Part shown: piece after piece, positions 8,632-18,413 of the stretch
How positions within the stretch are numbered: position 1 is the stretch's first letter
How the letters are laid out: every line of letters starts with the position of its first letter
Origin: a bacterium
GTDB lineage: Bacteria > Zhuqueibacterota > Zhuqueibacteria > Zhuqueibacterales > Zhuqueibacteraceae
Direction of reading: 5' to 3'
NCBI GenBank assembly: GCA_044869275.1
Contig: JBIOXB010000117.1
Span: 1 to 35,617, forward strand
DNA: 35,617 nt
The notes under the pieces: model-generated
Seen by the model: only the letters and a program-made list of their open reading frames with translations
Database searches by the model: none
What the model was told of the DNA's origin: nothing
Made by a program: the position numbers and the translations under genes

Positions 8632-9603
8632 ATGAAATCCCTTGCCAGCGCGAAGAACGCGAACGATGCGGTGCGGCAATCGAAATTTGCGATGAGCCTT
8701 TCGCTGGTCGTTGGCGTTGTTATGTTCTTTACCAAAGTCATCGCCTATATGATGACGCAATCGGCGGCCATCCTGTCCGATGCTGCGGAATCCGTTGTTC
8801 ATCTCTTCGCCGTTGCTTTCGCGGCCTATAGCCTCTGGCTCAGCATGAAGCCGGCGGACAGGTCTCACCTCTACGGCCACGACCGCATTAGTTTTTTCTC
8901 CGCCGGTTTTGAGGGCGCGATGATTATGATTGCCGCGGTGTTCATCATTCATGCAGCGATCCAAAAATGGCTCGCGGGATTGCAACTGCAAAACCTCGCC
9001 GCCGGCGCCGGTTTTGTCGCGTTCGCCACGCTCGCCAATGGTGCATTGGGCTGGTATCTGGTTCGGCAGGGCCGCAAGCACCATTCCCTGGTGCTCGAGG
9101 CCAACGGCAAACATGTGCTCACGGATAGCTGGACCAGCTTGGGCGTAATCGTCGCGTTACTGTTGACGCTTTGGACCGGCTGGCTGCCCTTCGATCCGAT
9201 CATCGCCATACTCGTTGCACTCAATATTCTCTGGACGGGCTCGAAGCTGATCCGGCGCGCGGTCGGGGGCTTGATGGATGAGATGGATCCGGAAATTGAT
9301 GCCAAGCTTCGCGAGATTTTGCAGCGCGAAACGCAGAAGCACCATATGCAATTTCACGGCCTGCGGCATCGCAATTCCGGCCATAGACTGCTGGTTGAAT
9401 GCCATATGCTCTTTCCTGAAAAGACGTCAATTGCGCAAGCGCACGAGCTGGCCACCCTCATTGAGCAGGAAATTCACCACGCTTTTCCCATGGTCATAGA
9501 AATCACCACGCACCTGGAGCCGATAGAAGGGCATGACGAAATCCACGAGAAGCTCTTGGAAGGCGACGAACATGGCGATGCACTCAAGCCGGCACAGCGA
9601 TGA
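8632..9603 (+). CDS. Cation diffusion facilitator (FieF-like) transporter
   Basis: SAAILSDAAESVVH, HLYGH and HVLTDSWTS; C-terminal dimerisation domain ending THLEP. Confidence 0.92.
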   Translation: MKSLASAKNANDAVRQSKFAMSLSLVVGVVMFFTKVIAYMMTQSAAILSDAAESVVHLFAVAFAAYSLWLSMKPADRSHLYGHDRISFFSAGFEGAMIMIAAVFIIHAAIQKWLAGLQLQNLAAGAGFVAFATLANGALGWYLVRQGRKHHSLVLEANGKHVLTDSWTSLGVIVALLLTLWTGWLPFDPIIAILVALNILWTGSKLIRRAVGGLMDEMDPEIDAKLREILQRETQKHHMQFHGLRHRNSGHRLLVECHMLFPEKTSIAQAHELATLIEQEIHHAFPMVIEITTHLEPIEGHDEIHEKLLEGDEHGDALKPAQR

Positions 9604-9761
9604 AAATTCCAAGGCCCGGGGAGTACTGGCGCAAAGAGCGAATTGTGCAAGTCTTCCCAAAGATAAGAACTGCCGCCATTCGTTTTACCAAGACTAAGAA
9701 AAAACACGGGAGGAGGCCATGATTCGGTAAACGGCAGGAGCACGATAATTAGCTGTTTTAT

Positions 9762-9793
9762 AGCCGTTTGTGTACGCACAAACGGCTTTTTTT
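9762..9793 (+). terminator. Rho-independent terminator
   Basis: Perfect 11-bp stem AGCCGTTTGTG-TACG-CACAAACGGCT followed by a T run. Confidence 0.85.
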
Positions 9794-9984
9794 GTTTTCT
9801 GGCGGATCAGGGCATGTCGTTTGAAGTGTGAAGCTTCAGCGTTTGCAACGCAGTGAAATCGAAGTTGGTTGCAAGGAGATCGTGCAGCTAGACTTATACA
9901 AGCCCTGCGGGAAATGGTGCGCGATCCTTTGGCACCTCATTTCACGGTTGAAAATGACCGTGCAGAATGCTAGGAAGTCTCAAG

Positions 9985-12900
9985 ATGAAAACAGAGAATT
10001 TTGTAACGCTCGACGGCAATGAAGCCGTGGCCCATGTGGCATTTCGGCTGAATGAAGTCATTGCGATTTATCCGATCACGCCGTCTTCGCCCATGGGGGA
10101 ATGGGCGGATGCGTGGGCCTCGGAGCGAAATCCGAATCTCTGGGGCACGGTTCCCTCGGTGGTAGAAATGCAAAGCGAAGCCGGCGCCGCCGGCGCCGTG
10201 CATGGTGCGTTGCAAGCCGGCGCGCTGACCACCACCTTCACTTCCTCGCAAGGCTTGCTGCTGATGATTCCCAATATGTACAAGATCGCCGGCGAGCTGA
10301 CCTCGACGGTGTTTCATGTGGCGGCGCGCTCCCTGGCAGCACAGGCACTTTCCATTTTTGGGGATCACAGCGACGTGATGGCCACGCGCGCCACGGGCTT
10401 CGCCTTGTTGTCTTCCGCCTCCGTGCAAGAAGCGACGGATTTCGCCGTGATCGCGCAGGCAGCCACGCTCAAATCGCGTATTCCGTTTTTGCACTTCTTT
10501 GACGGCTTCCGCACCTCGCACGAAGTCTCAAAAATCAAGATGATTTCTGATGACGACATGCTTGCGATGATCGACGATGAGCTGATTTTGGCGCATTGTG
10601 CCCGCGCGCTTTCTCCCGATCATCCGGTGCTGCGCGGCACGGCGCAAAACCCCGACGTGTATTTTCAGGCGCGCGAAACCGTCAATCCTTATTACTTCGC
10701 TTGCCCCGACATTGTGCAAGGGGCAATGGACAAATTCGCCAGGACCACGGGGCGGGCGTATCGCTTGTTCGAATATTACGGCGCGCCCGACGCCGAGCGC
10801 GTCATGGTGCTCATGGGCTCGGGTTGTGAAACGGTGCAGGAAACCGTCGACTACCTCAATCGGCATGGTGAAAAAGTGGGCGTGCTCAAAGTGCGGTTGT
10901 ATCGCCCGTTTGATCTCAAGCGCTTTATTGAAGCCCTGCCGGCAGCCACGCAGGCCCTGGCGGTGCTGGACCGCACCAAGGAACCGGGCAGCGCCGGCGA
11001 GCCGCTATATCTCGACTGCGTCAATGCGCTGCACGAAGGCAGGAACAACGGGGGGCTGAAAAGCCTTCCCAAAATCATCGGCGGGCGCTACGGCTTGTCT
11101 TCGAAAGAATTCACGCCCGCCATGGTGAAAGCGATCTTCGACCAGCTCGCGCAGACCGCGAGCAAGAATCATTTCACCATTGGCATCCATGATGACGTGA
11201 CGCACACCAGTCTGCCATATGATCCCGCTTTCTCTACGGAGCCGGACAGCGTGATCCGCGCGTTGTTCTACGGTCTGGGCTCCGACGGCACGGTCGGCGC
11301 CAATAAGAATTCCATCAAGATCATCGGCGAGAACACGGACAACTATGCGCAGGGTTATTTTGTCTATGATTCCAAGAAAGCCGGAGCGGTCACGGTTTCG
11401 CATTTGCGCTTCGGGCCGGAACCGATTCATTCGACTTATTTGGTGACGCGGCCTAATTTCGTTGCCTGCCACCAGCCGATTTTTCTCGAGCGGTATGAGA
11501 TGCTGGACGGCATCGTTGAAGGAGGTACGTTTTTGCTGAATAGCGCGCATGGACCGCAGGAAGTGTGGCAGCTTCTGCCGGCGGGTTTGCAAAAACAAAT
11601 TCTGCAAAGAAAACTGAAGTTCTATGTGATCGATGCCAACAAAGTTGCGCGGGAAAGCGGCATGGGCGGGCGCATCAATACTGTGATGCAAGTTTGCTTT
11701 TTTGCCTTGTCGGGCGTGCTGTCGAAAGACGCCGCCATTGCCGCGATCCGGCAATCGATCGAGGAAACCTACGGCAAGAAGGGGGAGGAAATCGTCCGTA
11801 TCAATCTCGCGGCCGTTGACCAAACGCTGGCGCATTTGTTCGAAGTGCAAATTCCGAATCATTTGAACGGCCACCTCGCTTTGCCACCGCCGCCCTTGGC
11901 GCAAGCGGGTACGTTCGTGCGCGAGGTATTGGGAAAAATTATTGCGGGCAAAGGCGATGAACTGCCGGTCAGCGCGCTGCCCATCGATGGCACATTCCCG
12001 ACCGGCACGGCAAAATGGGAGAAGCGCAACCTGGCGATGGAAATTCCGGTGTGGGAGCCGGAGATTTGCATTCAATGCGGCAAATGCGCGATGGTCTGCC
12101 CGCATGCCGTGATTCGCATCAAGGCCTACGATGAAAAACATCTTGCCGGGGCGCCGGCCACCTTCAAGGCGTGTGACGCACGCGATCGCGAATGGCAAGG
12201 GCTGAAATACACGATTCAGGTCGCGCCCGAGGACTGCACCGGCTGCGCCCTCTGCGTCGACGTTTGTCCCGCGAAGAAAAAATCCGAAACCCGCATCAAA
12301 GCCATCAACATGCGCCCGCAGCCGCCGTTGCGCGAACCGGAGCGTGAGAATTGGGATTTCTTCCTGTCCCTGCCGGAAATGGATCGCCGCCAAATCAAAG
12401 TCGCGAGCATTCGCCAGCAGCAAGTGCAGGAGCCGCTCTTCGAATTCTCGGGCGCGTGTGCCGGTTGTGGTGAAACGCCCTATGTCAAGCTGGTGACCCA
12501 GTTGTTCGGCGATCGCGCCATCGTCGCCAACGCCACGGGCTGCTCGTCGATTTACGGCGGCAATCTCCCGACGACACCCTGGACGGCGAATGCCGACGGA
12601 CGCGGGCCGGCGTGGTCGAATTCCCTGTTTGAAGACAATGCCGAGTTCGGCTTGGGCTTTCGCCTGGCCATTGACAAGCAAAAGGAGTTTGCCGCGCAAT
12701 TGCTGCAAAGGCTGTCCGGCACGATCGGCGATGACTTGGTGGGCGCCATTCTTGCCGGGGAACAGCAAGACGAAGCGGACATTTATGAACAGCGCGTGCG
12801 CGTCGATCTGCTCAAAAAGAGACTGCAACGCCTGGCTTCGCCCGAGGCGAAAAAGCTCCTGGCTCTCGCCGACATGCTGATCAAGAAAAGCGTGTGGATC

Positions 12901-13566
12901 ATCGGCGGCGACGGCTGGGCCTATGATATCGGCTTCGGCGGCCTGGATCACGTGTTTGCGAGCGGGCGCAACGTGAACATGCTTGTGCTCGACACGGAAG
13001 TGTACTCCAACACCGGCGGGCAAATGTCCAAGGCCACGCCGCGCGGGGCGGTGGCAAAGTTCGCCGCCGGCGGCAAGCCCGCGCCGAAAAAGGATCTGGG
13101 CTTGATCGCCATGACTTACGGCAACGTTTACGTCGCAAAGGTGGCCATGGGCGCGAAGGACGAACATACGCTCAAAGCTTTTCTCGAAGCCGAAGCATAT
13201 GAAGGACCGTCGTTGATCATCGCATACAGCCATTGCATCGCGCATGGCATCAACATGGCGACTGCGATGCAAAATCAAAAGGCCGCGGTCGATACCGGCC
13301 AATGGCTGTTGTACCGCTATCATCCCGAGCGCGCAAGCAAAGGTGAGAACCCGCTGCAGCTTGATTCCCAGCCTCCCAAAATGCCGGTGGAAAAATATTT
13401 ATACATGGAGAATCGCTTCAAGATGCTCACCAAGAGTAGGCCGGAAGAGGCCAAGCATTTGCTCAAAGCGGCGCAGGAAGACGTGAATTTGCGGTGGAAG
13501 TTTTACGAGTACCTGGCGGCGCGGAGCGTTGAGGGTCGAGAAGCGAAGATAGTAGATGGTAGATAG
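9985..13566 (+). CDS. nifJ: Pyruvate:ferredoxin (flavodoxin) oxidoreductase, single-chain
   Basis: YPITPSS, two CxxCxxCxxxCP ferredoxin motifs, GACAGCGE, and the GGDGWAYDIG TPP motif; start set to MKTENF. Confidence 0.97.
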   Translation: MKTENFVTLDGNEAVAHVAFRLNEVIAIYPITPSSPMGEWADAWASERNPNLWGTVPSVVEMQSEAGAAGAVHGALQAGALTTTFTSSQGLLLMIPNMYKIAGELTSTVFHVAARSLAAQALSIFGDHSDVMATRATGFALLSSASVQEATDFAVIAQAATLKSRIPFLHFFDGFRTSHEVSKIKMISDDDMLAMIDDELILAHCARALSPDHPVLRGTAQNPDVYFQARETVNPYYFACPDIVQGAMDKFARTTGRAYRLFEYYGAPDAERVMVLMGSGCETVQETVDYLNRHGEKVGVLKVRLYRPFDLKRFIEALPAATQALAVLDRTKEPGSAGEPLYLDCVNALHEGRNNGGLKSLPKIIGGRYGLSSKEFTPAMVKAIFDQLAQTASKNHFTIGIHDDVTHTSLPYDPAFSTEPDSVIRALFYGLGSDGTVGANKNSIKIIGENTDNYAQGYFVYDSKKAGAVTVSHLRFGPEPIHSTYLVTRPNFVACHQPIFLERYEMLDGIVEGGTFLLNSAHGPQEVWQLLPAGLQKQILQRKLKFYVIDANKVARESGMGGRINTVMQVCFFALSGVLSKDAAIAAIRQSIEETYGKKGEEIVRINLAAVDQTLAHLFEVQIPNHLNGHLALPPPPLAQAGTFVREVLGKIIAGKGDELPVSALPIDGTFPTGTAKWEKRNLAMEIPVWEPEICIQCGKCAMVCPHAVIRIKAYDEKHLAGAPATFKACDARDREWQGLKYTIQVAPEDCTGCALCVDVCPAKKKSETRIKAINMRPQPPLREPERENWDFFLSLPEMDRRQIKVASIRQQQVQEPLFEFSGACAGCGETPYVKLVTQLFGDRAIVANATGCSSIYGGNLPTTPWTANADGRGPAWSNSLFEDNAEFGLGFRLAIDKQKEFAAQLLQRLSGTIGDDLVGAILAGEQQDEADIYEQRVRVDLLKKRLQRLASPEAKKLLALADMLIKKSVWIIGGDGWAYDIGFGGLDHVFASGRNVNMLVLDTEVYSNTGGQMSKATPRGAVAKFAAGGKPAPKKDLGLIAMTYGNVYVAKVAMGAKDEHTLKAFLEAEAYEGPSLIIAYSHCIAHGINMATAMQNQKAAVDTGQWLLYRYHPERASKGENPLQLDSQPPKMPVEKYLYMENRFKMLTKSRPEEAKHLLKAAQEDVNLRWKFYEYLAARSVEGREAKIVDGR

Positions 13567-13668
13567 TGGATGGTGGTTCGTTCCCAAGCCCTTCAATTAA
13601 GGCTGCTTTACGTCTCAGGTATTGCGATATGGACGTTACGATCTATGATCGACTATCTACGATCCACA
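13547..13668. repeat. Inverted heptamer array overlapping the nifJ stop
   Basis: agatag tagatgg tagatag tggatgg ... cgatcta tgatcga ctatcta cgatcca; same unit family as 4273-4382. Confidence 0.75.
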
Positions 13669-13688
13669 AAAAATCTGGAGAACACCGA

Positions 13689-14720
13689 ATGGACCTCACG
13701 ACCACCTATCTCGGCATGAAGCTGCGCTCGCCGTTGCTGCCTTCGGCTTCGCCGCTTTCTGAAGACATTGGCAATGTGCAGCGCATGGAAGAAGCGGGTG
13801 CGGCAGCGGTGGTGTTGCATTCTTTGTTCGAGGAGCAACTGCGCCTCGAAACGTACGAGCTCAATCATCATCTCAGCTACGGCACCGAGAGTTTTCCGGA
13901 AGCGCTCTCGTATTTCCCGCAGCCGGAAGAGTTTCATCTCGGCCCGGATGGTTACCTCGAGCATATTCGACGCGCGAAACGGGCGGTCGACATTCCCATC
14001 ATCGCCAGCCTCAACGGCTCGACGGTCGGAGGCTGGATCGACTTTGCGCGTTTGATCGAACAGGCCGGCGCGGATGCGTTGGAGTTGAATGTCTATCATA
14101 TTCCCACCGACATGAACGTGACCGGCGCGGAGATCGAGCAACGCTATATCGACGTGCTCAAAGCCGTCAAATCCGCCGTGAAAATTCCGGTGGCGGTCAA
14201 GCTCAGCCCGTTCTTCAGCAATTTTTCCAATATGGCGCGCTGCTTTGACGAAGCGGGCGCGAATGCGCTGGTGCTTTTCAATCGCTTCTATCAACCGGAC
14301 CTCGACCTCGAAACTTTGGAGGTTCGCCCCCACGTGCTGCTCAGCACGCCGCAGGCGCTGCGGCTGCCGCTGACTTGGATCGGCATTCTCTACGGCCGGG
14401 TGCGGGCCGATCTTGCCGCCACCAGCGGGATTTACGATGCGCTGGACGTGATTAAAATGCTGATGGTAGGCGCGAATGTGACGATGATGGCCGCGGCGCT
14501 GCTGCGTCACGGCATCGATCATCTGCGCCGCGTTGAGCTCAGTGTGCGCCATTGGATGGAGGAGAACGAGTATGATTCGGTCCAGCAAATGCAGGGCAGC
14601 ATGAGCCAGAAGCATTGCGCCGATCCTTCCGCCTTTGAACGCGCACAGTACATGAAAGCATTGCAGGGTTACAAGCCGGATTCATCCCCAGCGCAAGAGG
14701 CCAATGAAGCCGTTTACTAG
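13689..14720 (+). CDS. Dihydroorotate dehydrogenase-like FMN protein (nifJ-associated)
   Basis: MDLTTTYLGMKLRSP, IPIIASLNG, IPVAVKLSPFF and FNRFYQPD; GGAG RBS at 13677. Confidence 0.88.
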   Translation: MDLTTTYLGMKLRSPLLPSASPLSEDIGNVQRMEEAGAAAVVLHSLFEEQLRLETYELNHHLSYGTESFPEALSYFPQPEEFHLGPDGYLEHIRRAKRAVDIPIIASLNGSTVGGWIDFARLIEQAGADALELNVYHIPTDMNVTGAEIEQRYIDVLKAVKSAVKIPVAVKLSPFFSNFSNMARCFDEAGANALVLFNRFYQPDLDLETLEVRPHVLLSTPQALRLPLTWIGILYGRVRADLAATSGIYDALDVIKMLMVGANVTMMAAALLRHGIDHLRRVELSVRHWMEENEYDSVQQMQGSMSQKHCADPSAFERAQYMKALQGYKPDSSPAQEANEAVY

Positions 14721-14869
14721 ACCGCGCACCAGCCCGATTTTTTGATGATTCTTTGACTTGATTTTTGAAATAATATTCTTATCTATGGAAGAGATGGGTA
14801 CAGGGAATCGAGTACTCAGAACAAAAGCACTGCGCACGTACGATGCAACTCTCAGAAAGGGAGCCGAAA

Positions 14870-15421
14870 ATGATGAAGCGTTGGAAAAGTGTATTCATGT
14901 CCGTTGCGGTCTGTATGATCGTGCCGAGCGCGCTTTTGGCGCAAAGCAAATTTAAATACGTCGGAGCAAATACTTGCAAGCCGTGCCACATGACAACCAA
15001 AAGCGGCGCGGCGTTTACCGTCTGGCAGAAAAGCTCGCATGCCAAGGCTTTCGCCACCCTGGCCACGCCGGCGGCATTGGAAATTGCCAAGAAAAAAGGC
15101 ATTGCCGATCCACAAAAGGACGCCGCGTGTTTGAAGTGCCACGACACTGCGGCAGGAGTTGCTGCGACGCAATTGGCGTCCACGTTTAAAGCAGGGGAGG
15201 GCGTGGGTTGTGAAGCTTGCCACGGCCCGGGCTCGGAATTCAAGACCATGCAAGTGATGAAAGATATCGATACCGGCAAGATCAAGGGCGAAACCGTCGG
15301 CTTGATGAAGGGGGACGAAAAACTTTGTTTAACGTGCCACAATTCCGAAAGCCCAAATTTCAAAGGTTTCAATTTCGCGGAATACAGCAAAAAAATTGCG
15401 CATCCGACGCCCAAACCATAG
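14870..15421 (+). CDS. Periplasmic tetraheme cytochrome c, c554-like
   Basis: Signal peptide (LLA-Q); YVGANTCKPCH, CLKCH, GVGCEACHGPGS and CLTCH. Confidence 0.88.
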   Translation: MMKRWKSVFMSVAVCMIVPSALLAQSKFKYVGANTCKPCHMTTKSGAAFTVWQKSSHAKAFATLATPAALEIAKKKGIADPQKDAACLKCHDTAAGVAATQLASTFKAGEGVGCEACHGPGSEFKTMQVMKDIDTGKIKGETVGLMKGDEKLCLTCHNSESPNFKGFNFAEYSKKIAHPTPKP

Positions 15422-15610
15422 CGCCAATGAACTACCTCGGAATTTCAGACGAGCTGAGAACCAAGGCCTGAGCGCAGCAGCAATGGCACAATTATCCTGA
15501 TTATTTCTTGCTCTTGGTCAATCGGTTGATCTTAAAGGCTTTCAGGTTTTATTCCAATTTTGATGAGCTCAAGGCTTATCGGATTGTTGGATTTATGGCG
15601 CGAGGGAATA

Positions 15611-16915
15611 ATGGCGAGTGCTCAACTCAACGTAAAAATAGATTTGTTCGCTGTAAAGGTTGTCGCTTCCGTCATTAGGCCATTCAGCCATTATTCCCTT
15701 GCTCCTCTGGTTCTTTCTCTCCTTCTGCTCGCCACTGCGGATTTTGCGCAAGCTCAAGACGATTGTCTCTCTTGTCACGGCGATAGCGCATTCGTCGCCA
15801 CGGACAGTGCGGGGGTGGAGCATTCGTTGTTTGTGGACGCCGCGAAAATGGAACACGCGGTGCATGCCGGCTTCGATTGTGTCACCTGCCACGCTGACGC
15901 GAAGGAAATTCCGCATGCGGAAAAGCTGGCACCGGCAGTTTGTGGCGATTGCCACCCGGACGCTTTGGCCGAGGTGGGGGAAAGCGTGCATGCCCGGCTC
16001 GAGGGTGCAGCATCTTCCGATACTCCAACGTGCAGCGACTGCCACGGTACCCATGAGATTCGCGCGAAAACGGATTCGCTTGCCTTTGTCAATCCCCGGC
16101 AGCTCGCCTTCACTTGTGGCCGCTGCCATGCCAATCCTGAAATCGTGCAAAAACACAAAATTCCCATTCGAGATCCGGTCACCGCTTACAGTCACAGCAT
16201 TCATGGGCGGCTGGCATTGGCGGGCGTGGACAGCGCCGCGACGTGCAGCAGTTGTCACGGCGGCCACAAGATATTAGCTGCCAATAATTCGGTCTCACCG
16301 GTTTACCATTTCAACATTGTGCAAACCTGCAGCCAGTGTCATTCCGCCGTTGCGGAAGAATTCGCGCAGAGCCTTCACGGTGCGGCGGCGGCGCGTGGCT
16401 CGCGAGACGCGCCGGTTTGTACCGATTGCCATAGCGAGCATGCCATCGAATCTCCCAGCGTCGCTTCCGCGCCAACGTCTGCTCAGAATCTGGCGGTGGA
16501 GACCTGCGGCCGATGCCATGCGTCCACACGATTGGTTGAAAAATATGGCATCCGCGGGGAGCGGCTGTCGACTTTTGCCGACAGCTATCATGGTTTGGCG
16601 TTGCGCTCTGGCAGCGTGACGGTCGCCAATTGCGGAAGCTGCCACGGGGTGCACAACATACTGCCCTCGAGCGACTCCCGCTCTATGATTCACGCTTCGA
16701 ACCTGGCAAAGACCTGCGGCCAGTGCCATCCCAATGCCGGCGAGAATTTTGCAGCCAGCCCTGTGCATCTGAGCACCGCCGAAAGCGAGGGCCGGGCGGT
16801 CGCCGTCATCCGCGCGATTTATGTCGGATTGATTGTCGTGGTCATCGGCGGCATGCTGATTCACAATGCGCTGGATTTTGTACGAAAAAGCAAGCATGTG
16901 TTAAGGCGAGAATAG
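15611..16915 (+). CDS. 11-heme cytochrome c with C-terminal membrane helix (c-domain of a split CbcL-like protein)
   Basis: 11 CxxCH; signal peptide AQA-Q; C-terminal TM ending GGMLIHNALDF; GAGGG RBS before ATG 15611 (start uncertain). Confidence 0.88.
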   Translation: MASAQLNVKIDLFAVKVVASVIRPFSHYSLAPLVLSLLLLATADFAQAQDDCLSCHGDSAFVATDSAGVEHSLFVDAAKMEHAVHAGFDCVTCHADAKEIPHAEKLAPAVCGDCHPDALAEVGESVHARLEGAASSDTPTCSDCHGTHEIRAKTDSLAFVNPRQLAFTCGRCHANPEIVQKHKIPIRDPVTAYSHSIHGRLALAGVDSAATCSSCHGGHKILAANNSVSPVYHFNIVQTCSQCHSAVAEEFAQSLHGAAAARGSRDAPVCTDCHSEHAIESPSVASAPTSAQNLAVETCGRCHASTRLVEKYGIRGERLSTFADSYHGLALRSGSVTVANCGSCHGVHNILPSSDSRSMIHASNLAKTCGQCHPNAGENFAASPVHLSTAESEGRAVAVIRAIYVGLIVVVIGGMLIHNALDFVRKSKHVLRRE

Positions 16916-16927
16916 TGATTATGCTTG

Positions 16928-16981
16928 GGATCGCCGTTTGAATAAACAGCCCGTTTTGAAACCGCTAATGAACGCAAATGT
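16928..16981. repeat. Left arm of a ~55-bp inverted repeat (partner 20857-20911)
   Basis: Reverse complement aligns to 20857-20911 at 49 of 55 positions by manual alignment. Confidence 0.85.
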
Positions 16982-17184
16982 TTGGACTTCATCTATCAGT
17001 TGGAGTCGCCCGCAGGGCTACGGTTTTCATCCCGCCCCTTCGGCATGAAAATCCGTTAGAGATCAAGGAACATTACTGGGATAGCTACGCAATGTTCAGG
17101 GAAGATTATCTTTTCACTGTGCAAGCAGCAGCACGGCAGCTCCATCCGCTCCTAAAAGTACGAGAAGACCAATTTGGAGGTAAA

Positions 17185-18351
17185 ATGACTACAAAAATTT
17201 TATTGGCAGCGATCATTTTAGCGTCGCTTATATCTTGTCAAAAAAATATCACACCTCCGGATGCGGCGGAGACTGTAATGCAGAATGCGATGATCTCAGT
17301 GTCGCTACAGAATATTGCGCCTAATACGTGGGTGGAAATTCCAGCAACCTACATGGTACCGCCAAATGGCGGAAATCACTTTCCGCAAGGGTGGAACAAA
17401 GCGGTCTACGATCCTGTAGGAGAAAGAATTTTGGTATTTGACCGATGGTACGATGTGGTACGCGGCAGCACTATTTACGCCAACGCCGTCATAGATTTTT
17501 CCCCATCTTCGGGTCAAGCATCACTCGTGAAAATCAACAATTGGAAAAAGCAATCGACTCCTACTGGAGGATATAAGACTGTTGAAATGCTGCCCGAGAA
17601 CTCGATTGATCCTACGCCGGTTGATAGACACCCATACGGCGCATTAGCATTCATTCCAGAGCAAAATGCGTTGTACATCGCGAATGGAGCTAATCAATCC
17701 GCCCCAAACGGTCATGTTGATGCAAAGAACACTTGGAAGCTTGACATGTCGAGCCGTACTTGGACAAAAGTGTCATCAACTTTGCATCCACCAAACAATC
17801 TGGAAGACTGCATGACTTATGATGTATTAAATCATATGCTCATTTATTTCGCGCATGGCCCTGCCTATGCACCTGAAACATGGACTATGGATGTGTTCAC
17901 AGGACAATGGATAAAAACCACTTTGCAGGCACCATCACCGCCCGGACGCATGGGTGGCAGCATGGCATACGATCCCGTTCGCAATGTTTCCATGTTGTTC
18001 GGCGGGGCGAGGTATCCGAACCCCGGCAGAGATTTGTGGGCATACGATGCCGCTCTAAATACGTGGACGCGCAAAGCCGATGCGCCGGTCGATATGCGTA
18101 TGGCTGGATTTGCTTATGATTCGTTGCATGATGTATTTCTTGCTGTAGCAAACGTAAATGGCGTTACGCGAGTTGTGATATACGATCCAATTCAAAATAG
18201 TTGGGCGGAATTGATCAAACCAGTCGGAGCAAGTTGGCCAGCAATGACTAATAAGCAATCAATGGCCTACGATGCCAAAAACGACGTGTTTGTTTATCAG
18301 GGGGGCAATTGGCAAAAGGCACAATGGTATATTTTGGGATACCAACCATGA
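17185..18351 (+). CDS. Kelch-like beta-propeller lipoprotein
   Basis: GGAGG RBS; lipobox-like LISC; repeated MAYDP..N...LFGG / W.YD...NTW units; visibly more AT-rich than the flanks. Confidence 0.75.
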   Translation: MTTKILLAAIILASLISCQKNITPPDAAETVMQNAMISVSLQNIAPNTWVEIPATYMVPPNGGNHFPQGWNKAVYDPVGERILVFDRWYDVVRGSTIYANAVIDFSPSSGQASLVKINNWKKQSTPTGGYKTVEMLPENSIDPTPVDRHPYGALAFIPEQNALYIANGANQSAPNGHVDAKNTWKLDMSSRTWTKVSSTLHPPNNLEDCMTYDVLNHMLIYFAHGPAYAPETWTMDVFTGQWIKTTLQAPSPPGRMGGSMAYDPVRNVSMLFGGARYPNPGRDLWAYDAALNTWTRKADAPVDMRMAGFAYDSLHDVFLAVANVNGVTRVVIYDPIQNSWAELIKPVGASWPAMTNKQSMAYDAKNDVFVYQGGNWQKAQWYILGYQP

Positions 18352-18413
18352 TTCAAAAATACTATGAAACCGGAAATAAACTCAGTGTAGCTTATTAGGG
18401 TAAGGAGAATACG

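Noticed and set aside
9611..9696. Resemblance to the yybP-ykoY Mn riboswitch (GGGGAGTA...CAAGAC)
   Set aside because: The expected helix pairing next to GAGTA could not be built, and the element is downstream rather than upstream of the metal transporter; an Rfam scan is needed to exclude it fully
9810..9944. Sigma-54-like sequences upstream of nifJ (GGCATGTCGTTTGA and TGGCACCTCATTTCA)
   Set aside because: Both lack the GC at -12
11005..13323. 772-aa minus-strand ORF
   Set aside because: Antisense shadow of nifJ, typical of GC-rich coding DNA
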